Origin: an uncultured Helicobacter sp.
Lineage (GTDB): Bacteria > Campylobacterota > Campylobacteria > Campylobacterales > Arcobacteraceae
Direction of reading: 5' to 3'
Assembly (NCBI GenBank): GCA_964533335.1
Contig: CAZHJR010000007.1
Location: 1-38,155, forward strand
Length of the DNA stretch: 38,155 nt
Shown here: positions 18,295 through 26,919 of the stretch, one piece after another
How the letters are laid out: each line of letters starts with the position of its first letter
Numbering within the stretch: position 1 is the first letter of the stretch
Translations under genes and position numbers: made by a program
The notes under the pieces: model-generated
Told to the model about the DNA's origin: nothing
The model's database searches: none
The model's input: only the letters and a program-made list of their open reading frames with translations

Positions 18295-20097
18295 ATGTTT
18301 ATTTTGGAGCCATTATTACATGAAAAAATTACAAAAAACATAGATATCCTAAATCATTATGATACAAATGCAATTTTGGTTGATAACAATCGTTATATTA
18401 TAAATAAGAAATATAAAATCGGGCATATCACAGCTCACCATAGTAAATTTTACTTAACTTCACAAAGTGATGGAAAAGAGATTTTAATCGAAAAAGATGA
18501 CTTGTTGGGAGCAAATGAGGGTGATTTTATACTCAGCCGAGTTATTTTTAATCCAAGAGGAAAACTAAAAGTAAAGGTTGTCCTTATTATAGAAAGAAAT
18601 ACTGAACAAGTTTTGGTATTTTGTAAAAACAATCAATTTATCTCTGTAAAAAATGGCAATAATTTACATATAAAAAACAAGCCTCATTGCAAAGAGGGTG
18701 ATTTATATCTTATTAACAATGACCTTTATGATTATTTTGGAAATATTGATGACTCTAAGATAGATGAAAAAATATCACTTTATCTTTATAAAGAGGAGCA
18801 TAGACTTTCCCCTTATAGTTTAGAAAATGTTGATAAAAAGATATCTTTTGTAAATCGAGTTGACTTAACAGAGCTTGATTTTTGTACTATTGATCCAGTT
18901 GGTGCAAGAGATCACGATGATGCAATTTATTATGATTATGAGAAAGAGATTCTTTATGTTGCTATTGCTGATGTTAGCCACTATGTAAAAGAAGGAACAC
19001 CCCTTGATGATGAAGCAAAAAAAAGGGCTTTTTCGGTTTATTTTCCTTCCCGAGTGCTTCCTATGCTTCCTTTTATTTTAAGTAGTGATTTATGTTCACT
19101 TAAACCAAATGAACTAAGGTATGCTTTTGTTTGCAAAATAGAACTTGATTTGAAAAGCTTAAGTGTAAAAAAAAGTGAATTTTTTGAAGCTGTTATTGAG
19201 TCAAAAAATAATTTTAGCTATGAGATTATTGATGAAAAAATAGCAAAAAATGAGCTCTCAAAAGGGTTGGAGGAGCTACTAAAAGTAACCCAAAATCTAC
19301 GAACGAAAAGATTAGCCAATGGCTACAATTTTAGAAATGAAGAATTCAAACTTATTTTAGATAACAATGAAGAGCTTATAGATGTAAAAGGGAGTCATAG
19401 CACACTTTCTCATCAATTAGTGGAAGAGTGTATGCTTTTGGCAAATCAAGAAAGTGCTAAAAAACTAGGAAGTGTTGGTATTTTTAGAATTCATGAAGAA
19501 CCTGATATCAAAAAAATCGATAAACTTATTGAAGAACTTGTTGGAATTGGGCTTAATGTAAAAAAGAAAAAAGATATTCACTCTACTATTATAAGTATCC
19601 AAAAAGAGGCTTCGAGATTTTTTCTTGAACAAGAAGTCGATCAGCTTATCATAAAAGCACAACAACAAGCAAAATACAGTAGCCACATAAGTAACCACTT
19701 TGGACTTGGATTTTCCCATTACAGCCATTTTACTTCACCAATTAGAAGATATGCTGATCTTACTTTACATAGAATTTTAAAAACAAAAAAAATACCAAAA
19801 GAGATAGACAATATTTGTGAACAAATAAGTAATAGTGAAAGAGAAATAGCCCAAATGGTTTGGGATTTAGAGGGACGAAAATATGCTAGATGGGCAAAAA
19901 AGAATTTAAATCAAATTTTTACAGCTGTAATTTGTGATGTTGGGGATATAGTTTATGGTGAACTACTAGAGCCTCTTTGTGGGCTTAAATTTCAACTTCT
20001 CAATCACAAAGGGGAAAAATTATATAATAAAGTAAAAGTTTGTCTTACTGAGGTTGATTTAGTTTCTAAAAAAATTTATGGAAAAATAATAAAATGA
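18295..20097 (+). CDS. rnr: ribonuclease R (RNB-family 3'-5' exoribonuclease)
   Basis: 600 aa. RNB motifs TIDPVGARDHDDAIY, VYFPSRVLPMLP, HFGLGFSHYSHFTSPIRRYADLTLHR. C-terminal S1-like region. Confidence 0.88.
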   Translation: MFILEPLLHEKITKNIDILNHYDTNAILVDNNRYIINKKYKIGHITAHHSKFYLTSQSDGKEILIEKDDLLGANEGDFILSRVIFNPRGKLKVKVVLIIERNTEQVLVFCKNNQFISVKNGNNLHIKNKPHCKEGDLYLINNDLYDYFGNIDDSKIDEKISLYLYKEEHRLSPYSLENVDKKISFVNRVDLTELDFCTIDPVGARDHDDAIYYDYEKEILYVAIADVSHYVKEGTPLDDEAKKRAFSVYFPSRVLPMLPFILSSDLCSLKPNELRYAFVCKIELDLKSLSVKKSEFFEAVIESKNNFSYEIIDEKIAKNELSKGLEELLKVTQNLRTKRLANGYNFRNEEFKLILDNNEELIDVKGSHSTLSHQLVEECMLLANQESAKKLGSVGIFRIHEEPDIKKIDKLIEELVGIGLNVKKKKDIHSTIISIQKEASRFFLEQEVDQLIIKAQQQAKYSSHISNHFGLGFSHYSHFTSPIRRYADLTLHRILKTKKIPKEIDNICEQISNSEREIAQMVWDLEGRKYARWAKKNLNQIFTAVICDVGDIVYGELLEPLCGLKFQLLNHKGEKLYNKVKVCLTEVDLVSKKIYGKIIK

Positions 20098-21365
20098 AAA
20101 AGCCAATTGCTACAGCTATTATCGTAACTATTTTACTTTTTTTACTTGCTTATCTTAATAAGGATGAAATCAATAGATTAGATATCTTTTTATTTATTTT
20201 GCTGTTTGTCTCAGTTATTGTTTTTCTTTTTAATTCTTACGAACTATATAAAAAGCAAATATCCCTTAAAAGATTTACCCATGCTGTTGAAAATAGTGAT
20301 AATATTGTAATGATTACAGATAGAGAACAACGAATAAAATATGTAAACCAAGCTTATACTGATTCAACAGGTTATACTATGGAGGAGGTGATTGGACAAA
20401 GACCTTCAATTGTAAAATCTGGACTTAATTCAAAAACCTTCTATAAAAAATTAAATAAAACAATTTATAGTGGGAAAAAATGGAATGGAACTTTTATAAA
20501 CATATCAAAAGATGGAAAAAGACAGTATGAAAAATCTACAATAAGTCCTATGATGGATGAAAATGGAAATATTACTGAATTTATTGGGTTAAAATTAAAC
20601 ATCACAAAAGATATCAATGCCCAAATTGCTCTAAGGGAAAAAGAAAAGAAATTTTTTGACCAAATAAAAATGGCAAGTATGGGTGAATTGCTACATAATA
20701 TCGCTCATCATTGGAGGCAACCACTCTCTTTAATCTCTACAATTGCTACAAGTGTAGAACTTCAAAGAGAGATGAATATGTTAGATGATGCAAAACTTGA
20801 CAAAGCGATGAAAGATATCAATAAATCAGTACAGAACCTCTCCTCTACAATTGAAGATTTTGCAAATTTTTTTAATCACAATAAAACAAAAGAGACTTTT
20901 GTACTGAGTAACATCCTTGATAGAACTTTAAATATTATAGAGATGGATTTTAAAGAAACTCATATTATATTAGATATTTCAAACAATGTTACCTCAGAGA
21001 TATATGGTTATAGTAGTGAACTTATGCAGGCTATTTTAAATATTCTTAACAATGCAAAAGATATCCTTGTGCAACAAGAAACACGAATAGTACAACTCAA
21101 AACCATAGAGTTTCGAAATTATGTAGAGATTACAATTCAAGATAATGGTGGTGGAATACCTGATGAGATTATCAAAAATATTTTTGAACCTTACTTTACA
21201 ACAAAACATAAAAGCCAAGGGACTGGAATGGGACTTTATAGCTCTTATATCTTCATAACAAATAAAATGGATGGTGAAATTAATGCCATAAATGAAGAGT
21301 TTTTTTACAACGAACAAAAATATTATGGTGCAAAATTTACTATAAAGATTCCAAAAAATGTATAA
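20094..21365 (+). CDS. membrane PAS-domain sensor histidine kinase
   Basis: 423 aa. Two N-terminal TMs, a PAS domain (..IVMITDREQRIKYVNQAY..KWNGTFINISKDG..), H-box LLHNIAHHWRQPL, G-boxes DNGGGI / GTGMGLY. ATG overlaps the rnr TGA (ATGA) and the 3' end overlaps holA by 8 nt. Confidence 0.85.
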   Translation: MKKPIATAIIVTILLFLLAYLNKDEINRLDIFLFILLFVSVIVFLFNSYELYKKQISLKRFTHAVENSDNIVMITDREQRIKYVNQAYTDSTGYTMEEVIGQRPSIVKSGLNSKTFYKKLNKTIYSGKKWNGTFINISKDGKRQYEKSTISPMMDENGNITEFIGLKLNITKDINAQIALREKEKKFFDQIKMASMGELLHNIAHHWRQPLSLISTIATSVELQREMNMLDDAKLDKAMKDINKSVQNLSSTIEDFANFFNHNKTKETFVLSNILDRTLNIIEMDFKETHIILDISNNVTSEIYGYSSELMQAILNILNNAKDILVQQETRIVQLKTIEFRNYVEITIQDNGGGIPDEIIKNIFEPYFTTKHKSQGTGMGLYSSYIFITNKMDGEINAINEEFFYNEQKYYGAKFTIKIPKNV

Positions 21366-22329
21366 AAATGAATTTGATAAAGAGCTAAAAAAAGGGACTG
21401 TTTATAGTAGCTATATGTTTTATGGTAGTGAGAATTATCTTATTGAAAGTTATGCAGATGCAATAGCAACGATATTAGCAAATGGGGAAGATGTAAATAA
21501 ACTCTATTTTGAAGAGTTTTCCCCTGACGATGCTACAGATATCCTTTCACAAAGCTCACTTTTTAGCACAACAAATATATTACTTGTAAAAATCAATAAG
21601 AAGATTCCTAAAAAAGAACTTGATAAACTAGTGGAAACTTGCCATTTAAACGATGATAGTAAACTTATTTTATGTTGTTTTGGGGATGCTGATTTTAAAA
21701 GTATGGAAGGAAGTTTCACTAAAAAAACAAATTCTGTAGCGGTTAGATTTTATCCACTTGAGGAGTTTGAAGCAAAAAATATATTAACAAAAAAAGCAGC
21801 AGAACTTGGGATGAATATTCATACTAACGATTTAGAATTCCTCTATACTATGCACCAAAAAGATTTAACTCTTTGTATGGCTGACCTTGCAAAACTTGCT
21901 ATATTGGATGATGAAATAACCTCTAAAACTATAAGTCAACAATGTTTTGGACTTGGAAGTGTGAATATTGATGAGTTTTTAGAAAAGCTTGTTCTTGGAA
22001 AAAATATCAATAAAGATCTTTATGATTTACTTGAAGAGGGGATAAATGAAGTAGCTTTAGTTTCAAGAATAACAGCTTTTGTACAAATACTTTTTATGAT
22101 AAATAGCTATCTCAAACTTTATGGAAACCTTAATATCATGGAGATATGGGGATATCCACTTCCCGCTAAAATTGCAAACAAACAAGCAGAACTTGCAAAA
22201 AGATTTCAAAAAGAAGATTTTTTATCGATGCTTTATTTTTTACAAGAACTTGAACTTGAACTAAAAAACACAAAAGTGATTAATATAAATACCCATCTAC
22301 AATCAAAATTGAGAATTTTCTTAAAATAA
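21358..22329 (+). CDS. holA: DNA polymerase III subunit delta
   Basis: 323 aa. N-terminus ..VYSSYMFYGSENYLIESY.. resembles the delta lYll.GeE.yl signature. Position between rnr and rpsF-ssb-rpsR matches H. pylori HP1244-HP1248 synteny (from memory). The sequence itself is divergent. Confidence 0.65.
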   Translation: MYKNEFDKELKKGTVYSSYMFYGSENYLIESYADAIATILANGEDVNKLYFEEFSPDDATDILSQSSLFSTTNILLVKINKKIPKKELDKLVETCHLNDDSKLILCCFGDADFKSMEGSFTKKTNSVAVRFYPLEEFEAKNILTKKAAELGMNIHTNDLEFLYTMHQKDLTLCMADLAKLAILDDEITSKTISQQCFGLGSVNIDEFLEKLVLGKNINKDLYDLLEEGINEVALVSRITAFVQILFMINSYLKLYGNLNIMEIWGYPLPAKIANKQAELAKRFQKEDFLSMLYFLQELELELKNTKVININTHLQSKLRIFLK

Positions 22330-22349
22330 GTTTTTTTTAAGTTATTTAT

Positions 22350-22369
22350 TATAATCGTTTAGATAAAAT
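22350..22369 (+). promoter_or_regulatory. putative promoter region for rpsF-ssb-rpsR (two candidate -10 boxes: TATAAT 22350-22355, TAAAAT 22364-22369)
   Basis: Both hexamers follow a T-rich tract. Either gives a 5' UTR of roughly 70-85 nt. Prediction only. Confidence 0.4.
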
Positions 22370-22446
22370 CCACCTCCAAAAAACCTTGCTGGGCTTCTTT
22401 GTTATTTATAACTCACAAGCTTGGCTAAATCCAAAAGGAGAAATTG

Positions 22447-22803
22447 ATGGCTAGAATTAGACATTACGAAACTATGTTTATAGTTAAAACAACTCTTACA
22501 GAAGAGGAGATCAAAAATCAAATCGACACTGTAAAAGCGAACATTGAGAAAAATGGTGGGACAATCACTGCATGTGACAACATGGGTAACAGAGAATTGG
22601 CTTATGAAATTGAAAAACAAAAGAGAGGTTATTACTATGTAATCTACTTTGAAGCACCATCTGAGTCAATCGTTGAGCTTGAAAGAAATTATAGAGTAAA
22701 TGAAAATATTTTAAAATTTATGTTTATTAAATTTGAAGGTAAAAAAGAAGTTGCTGAGTGGACTAAAATGAGTTCTGAAGCTGCTAAAAAAGAGCAAAAA
22801 TAA
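22447..22803 (+). CDS. rpsF: 30S ribosomal protein S6
   Basis: MARIRHYETMFIV.. is the canonical S6 start. ATG 22447 follows an AAAGGAG SD, and the TTG at 22444 is ORF-caller padding. Confidence 0.93.
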   Translation: MARIRHYETMFIVKTTLTEEEIKNQIDTVKANIEKNGGTITACDNMGNRELAYEIEKQKRGYYYVIYFEAPSESIVELERNYRVNENILKFMFIKFEGKKEVAEWTKMSSEAAKKEQK

Positions 22804-22831
22804 GTAGTTGAAGTTTTAAGAAGGAACTATT

Positions 22832-23308
22832 ATGTATAACAAAGTGATTTTAATTGGCAATCTTACAAGGGACATCGAACTAAAATATATTCCAAGTGGT
22901 GCAGCGATTGCAAAAGGTGCAATTGCAACTTCACATAAATATAAAGCACAAGATGGAAGCCAAAAAGAGGAAGTTTGTTTTCTTGATTTTAATGTATTTG
23001 GAAAAGCTGCTGAAGTTTTAAACCAATATGTTAAAAAAGGTTCTAAGGTGATGCTTGAAGGAAGACTTGTTTTAGAAAGCTGGACAGCACAAGATGGTAC
23101 GAGTAGAAATAGGCATTCATTAAGAGTTGAGGAATTTAAATTTTTAGATTCTAAAGGGAATGAAAGTACTCCATCAAACGACTATCAACCAAGACAAGTT
23201 GAGCAATATAATAAACCTTCTTATAACAATACACAACAAGGTGGTACAAGAGAACCGGAGTATCAAGTACCAGTAATCGACATCGATGATGACGAAATTC
23301 CATTTTAG
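22832..23308 (+). CDS. ssb: single-stranded DNA-binding protein
   Basis: 158 aa. [21 protein letters not shown]-fold start, Gln/Pro-rich linker, acidic tip DIDDDEIPF. Confidence 0.95.
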   Translation: MYNKVILIGNLTRDIELKYIPSGAAIAKGAIATSHKYKAQDGSQKEEVCFLDFNVFGKAAEVLNQYVKKGSKVMLEGRLVLESWTAQDGTSRNRHSLRVEEFKFLDSKGNESTPSNDYQPRQVEQYNKPSYNNTQQGGTREPEYQVPVIDIDDDEIPF

Positions 23309-23322
23309 AAAAGGATTGTAAT

Positions 23323-23583
23323 ATGGCTGAAAAAAGAAAATTCTCAAAAAAATTCTGTAAATACAGTGCTATGAAAATAGACAGTATTGATTATAAAAAT
23401 ATGGAGTTATTAAAAATCTCTTTAAGTGAAAGAGGTAAAATAATGCCAAGAAGACTTACAGGTACTTCAAAAAGACATCAAGAACTTGTAGAGTTAGCAA
23501 TAAAAAGAGCTAGACATATGGCACTTATCCCATATGTTGTAAATACAAAACAATTAACAGGTCCTGCATACTCTGCAAGATAA
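23323..23583 (+). CDS. rpsR: 30S ribosomal protein S18
   Basis: 86 aa. ..IDYKN.ELLK....[32 protein letters not shown] is canonical S18. Confidence 0.95.
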   Translation: MAEKRKFSKKFCKYSAMKIDSIDYKNMELLKISLSERGKIMPRRLTGTSKRHQELVELAIKRARHMALIPYVVNTKQLTGPAYSAR

Positions 23584-23606
23584 TCGTAACGATTTGTACG
23601 AAAAAA

Positions 23607-23635
23607 GGCTAGAGAAAATCTCTCTAGCCTTTTTT
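23607..23635. terminator. bidirectional rho-independent terminator between rpsR (+) and the methyltransferase gene (-)
   Basis: ggctagaga (23607-23615) pairs with tctctagcc (23621-23629) across a 5-nt loop. Flanked by AAAAAA (23601-23606) and TTTTTT (23630-23635). Confidence 0.8.
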
Positions 23636-23639
23636 ATTT

Positions 23640-24350
23640 TTAATGTATCCTTATCCCCTTTTGACAAATAAAGATAAGCTTATCTGCTTTCTCATCATCG
23701 TGAAGATGAAAATTAATAATCTGCTTTATCTCAAAACCACATTTTGTTAAAAGCTTTTTCATTGCATTTTTCTCATGATAATACTGAGTGATGAAATCTT
23801 GCTCTTTTGTGTAGTTCCCATCTTGATTTTTAGTAAATAATATAATATCTGTGATGAGTTTCTTATCACTAAAAAATGCATCGATACCTATAAATTTATC
23901 CTCTAAATTGATATTTAAACTCCCCTGTGCAACCTCTTCAAATCCATAAAGTGTATTGATATCAAAGATAAAGTATCCTCCCACCTCTAATAGATTATAA
24001 GTATCCTTTACAAACTTTTCTAATATTTGCTTATCCATATAATTTAAAACATCAAAAATAGCAGTCGCACAATCAAATCTATCTTGCACCTCAGCTATAT
24101 CAATACAAGCGACATTAAGCCCTTTTTCTTTGCAAACTTTTACTTGCTCACTACTCAAATCACATCCAAAAGCAACCATCCCTGAAACTTCAAGAGAAAG
24201 CAAAAACTCCCCTTGCCCACAACCAATATCGATAACTTTTTTAACATTGAGCTCTTCACAAATTTTTAAAAAAGCATCATAAAGTTCTTCCACTTCTGCT
24301 TGAAAATCAAGATGCTTTTCTATCTTAGAGTATAAATTAAGTCCGTTCAA
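23640..24350 (-). CDS. class I SAM-dependent methyltransferase, substrate unknown
   Basis: 236 aa with SAM motif VIDIGCGQGEF and motif II/III spacing (FDCATAIFDVLNY, GGYFIFD). TTG start with an AAGGA SD 5 nt upstream. Overlaps the hisG 3' end by 14 nt. Confidence 0.7.
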   Translation of the reverse strand: MNGLNLYSKIEKHLDFQAEVEELYDAFLKICEELNVKKVIDIGCGQGEFLLSLEVSGMVAFGCDLSSEQVKVCKEKGLNVACIDIAEVQDRFDCATAIFDVLNYMDKQILEKFVKDTYNLLEVGGYFIFDINTLYGFEEVAQGSLNINLEDKFIGIDAFFSDKKLITDIILFTKNQDGNYTKEQDFITQYYHEKNAMKKLLTKCGFEIKQIINFHLHDDEKADKLIFICQKGIRIH

Positions 24351-24942
24351 GCTTTTCCTTTAAATCAAGTATGGCGCTTTTTTTACAATAAAATGAGTTC
24401 TTATTGGCAATTAAGTGAGCTGATGTCTCCATAATAGTATCTCCAACCTCTAATCCATTTTGTTTCATGGTCTCTCCAGTTTCTACAATATCCACGATAC
24501 AATCACTAAGTCCCACAAGTGGAGCAAGTTCTATAGAGCCATAGAGTTTTACAAGCTCAACTGCCATTGCTTTACTTTCAAAAAATTTCTTTGCAATTGT
24601 TGTATGTTTGGTAGCTACCTTTATTGAAGATCGATTCCAATCGATACTATCACCTGCCTTAAGACCAATCGCAACCTTACATTTTCCAATTTCAAGATCA
24701 AGTAACTTTATCAAATCATATTCTTTCTCTTCAAGTACATCAAGACCAACCACACCTAAATCAGCACTTCCATACATCACATAAGTTGGTACATCTTGAT
24801 TTCTTACATTTAAAAAAGTAAATCCAGCTTTTTTTAAAATCAATTTTCTATTTTCAAACTCAAATTTTTCACCAAAAGCTTTTTCAAATTTTTCTAAAGT
24901 TTGCTCGGCGATTCTCCCTTTTGGAAGTGCTATAGTTATCAT
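24337..24942 (-). CDS. hisG: ATP phosphoribosyltransferase, short form
   Basis: 201 aa. MITIALPKGR.., DVPTYVMYGSADLGVVG, DCIVDIVETGETMKQNGL. Lacks the C-terminal regulatory domain of long-form HisG. Confidence 0.9.
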   Translation of the reverse strand: MITIALPKGRIAEQTLEKFEKAFGEKFEFENRKLILKKAGFTFLNVRNQDVPTYVMYGSADLGVVGLDVLEEKEYDLIKLLDLEIGKCKVAIGLKAGDSIDWNRSSIKVATKHTTIAKKFFESKAMAVELVKLYGSIELAPLVGLSDCIVDIVETGETMKQNGLEVGDTIMETSAHLIANKNSFYCKKSAILDLKEKLERT

Positions 24943-25601
24943 TTTTTCTCCTCGTTTTCTATCCTAGAATCTTCTATTATTTTTTTCATACTCTCAAAAA
25001 TAAGTCTTTCAATAAACTCATAATTTTCAAAATAAGCTAAAAGTGGCTTAGCACTCTCCCCTGTAAGAATCAATTTTTTATTGTATCTTTTTTGAATATC
25101 TACAATCGAAGCTATAACCATTTTTACTATAGCAAAACTAATTGCCTCATCAGTATTTTGTGGAAGTCTATCAAAATCGATATTAGTTATAAATTCAAAT
25201 TGAAGCTTAGAAGAAATTTGTGGATATACCCTCTTTAAACTCTCAATCCCAGGAAGGATAAATCCCCCAAGATGTTTTTTATTTTCCATCACATCCACAG
25301 TGATAGCACTTCCAAAATCAACAATAATTCCATCATCAAATAACTTGCATGCAACTATTCTATCGATACCTAATGTAGTCCCATAAGTTGTTTGGAAAAA
25401 GGATTTCTCTTTTAAATCAATACTATTTGGAAATTTAGCTTTAAAAGCTTTTGTAGCAACCTCATTTACACTAATAAAATAAATTTCATCATCAATATTA
25501 TCTAAAATATCTCCCTCTAAACTATCATCAACTCCAACTTTAAAATCATTTTCACCAATCAAAAAATGGAATGTACTATTTCCTATATCACACAAAATCA
25601 T
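24939..25601 (-). CDS. coaX: type III pantothenate kinase
   Basis: MILCDIGNST.. (DIGNT-type phosphate-1 motif), IIVDFGSAITVD, and G.ILPG in LGGFILPGIES. ATG 25601 is preferred, though the ORF is open to GTG 25622. Stop overlaps the hisG ATG (ATGA). Confidence 0.85.
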   Translation of the reverse strand: MILCDIGNSTFHFLIGENDFKVGVDDSLEGDILDNIDDEIYFISVNEVATKAFKAKFPNSIDLKEKSFFQTTYGTTLGIDRIVACKLFDDGIIVDFGSAITVDVMENKKHLGGFILPGIESLKRVYPQISSKLQFEFITNIDFDRLPQNTDEAISFAIVKMVIASIVDIQKRYNKKLILTGESAKPLLAYFENYEFIERLIFESMKKIIEDSRIENEEKK

Positions 25602-25920
25602 TGTAAATTTTCCAATTATCACTTTCTAATTCTTTGATAGACTTACTACAAATTTCCCCTGCAATCAAAAGTAGATTTACTTTGAAATTATGATCTTCTA
25701 AAAGCTTTAACCTATCTCTTAAAAGCTCTAACTCTTTTGCATTTTTCAAAATAAATCGAGCTTTTTGTTCCACTACAAAAACACTTACAAACTGTTTTTT
25801 TATATCACAACCACTGTAAATTTCTATTTTTTTTCTACTTTCTAGTTGACTTGGATAAATCACCTTAAAGTCGCTAAACAAAAATCCTTTGCTCGCTAAA
25901 AACTCTGTAACCCGTTTCAT
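25588..25920 (-). CDS. conserved-looking hypothetical protein, 110 aa (possible minimal PD-(D/E)XK / YraN-like fold)
   Basis: ATG directly abuts the upstream TAA (TAAATG) and the 3' end overlaps coaX. Predicted alpha-beta-beta-beta-alpha-beta order with E6, KIEIY/GCD and FVVEQKAR resembling the YraN EIDLI...FVEVK.R pattern. Judged by eye only. Confidence 0.5.
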   Translation of the reverse strand: MKRVTEFLASKGFLFSDFKVIYPSQLESRKKIEIYSGCDIKKQFVSVFVVEQKARFILKNAKELELLRDRLKLLEDHNFKVNLLLIAGEICSKSIKELESDNWKIYNDFV

Positions 25921-26910
25921 TTAATCCAATTTAAGAAGTTTGTTTTCAAAATATATTTTATCTCCAGACACATAGACTTTCTCATCATCATAAAAAGGTA
26001 AGTTAAAAACCTTTTCCTCTTTAAAGTCGTTTGTAATCTTTACAATATATCCTTGTGATTCTATAAGAAAAATATTTTTCTCTTTATCTAGTGCAATTGC
26101 ATGAAATTTTGCAAATTTAAACTTTTTGCTTGCCACAATATTTAAATCAAAATCAAGTTTTAGAACAGTTCCATCAAGTAATGCCAAATAGATATACTCA
26201 TCATCAACACTGTAATTTTGAATAATCAACTCTTTTGTAGTATATTTCCCTTTATTCAAAGAAACTATCTTATTTTGCGATGCAGTGATGAGGGTATCCC
26301 CAATCGCTTTTAAGAGGATAATATTTTTTATATCATTTTGAGAATCTATAAGTAATGTTCTAGATATTCTAAAACTCTCTTTTTCAACAATTACAATCTT
26401 TCCATCAAGTGTTGGGAATAATATTATTTTATTTAAAATAACAGGCATTGCGATTCTTGTATCATTTACAAAAGAAGCTTCTAAATACTCTTTCAATTTA
26501 AATTTATTTTCATTTATATCATAAACACCATACGAGTTATCACTAAAAACTATAGCAAGGAGATTATCTTGCAAAGTTGCTCCAACCACATTGGTTCTAA
26601 AGTTTATTGTTGTATTTGTATCACTAATAAAAATATCCCCTTTTTTATTTGCAGAGATTATCCCTGTATCTGTATTGTTTATATATTCAAAACCTTCAAG
26701 AAGTTTAAATTCTGAAATTCCAAAATTATTGATAATTCTATTATCTTTTGTTGTAGCACCATTTGCATTAAGTGATGCTATATAATCAGGAGTTGTGATG
26801 ATTGTTTTATCGATTCCAAAAATGCTACTCTCTTTTGGAGCATAGTATTTTTTACTTGAGCACCCTTGAAATAAAAAGAGTGCAAAAATGAGTAAAAATA
26901 ATGACTTCAT
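25921..26910 (-). CDS. lipoprotein with PQQ/BamB-like beta-propeller repeats
   Basis: 329 aa. Lipobox LFQGC (Cys17). Repeated P.v....i...tlDGkiv.l motifs (PVILNKIILFPTLDGKIVIVEKES, LALLDGTVLKLDFD, SQGYIVKITND) resemble BamB blades. Follows a YfgM-like gene, as in E. coli yfgM-bamB. Confidence 0.5.
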   Translation of the reverse strand: MKSLFLLIFALFLFQGCSSKKYYAPKESSIFGIDKTIITTPDYIASLNANGATTKDNRIINNFGISEFKLLEGFEYINNTDTGIISANKKGDIFISDTNTTINFRTNVVGATLQDNLLAIVFSDNSYGVYDINENKFKLKEYLEASFVNDTRIAMPVILNKIILFPTLDGKIVIVEKESFRISRTLLIDSQNDIKNIILLKAIGDTLITASQNKIVSLNKGKYTTKELIIQNYSVDDEYIYLALLDGTVLKLDFDLNIVASKKFKFAKFHAIALDKEKNIFLIESQGYIVKITNDFKEEKVFNLPFYDDEKVYVSGDKIYFENKLLKLD

Positions 26911-26919
26911 AACGATTCA

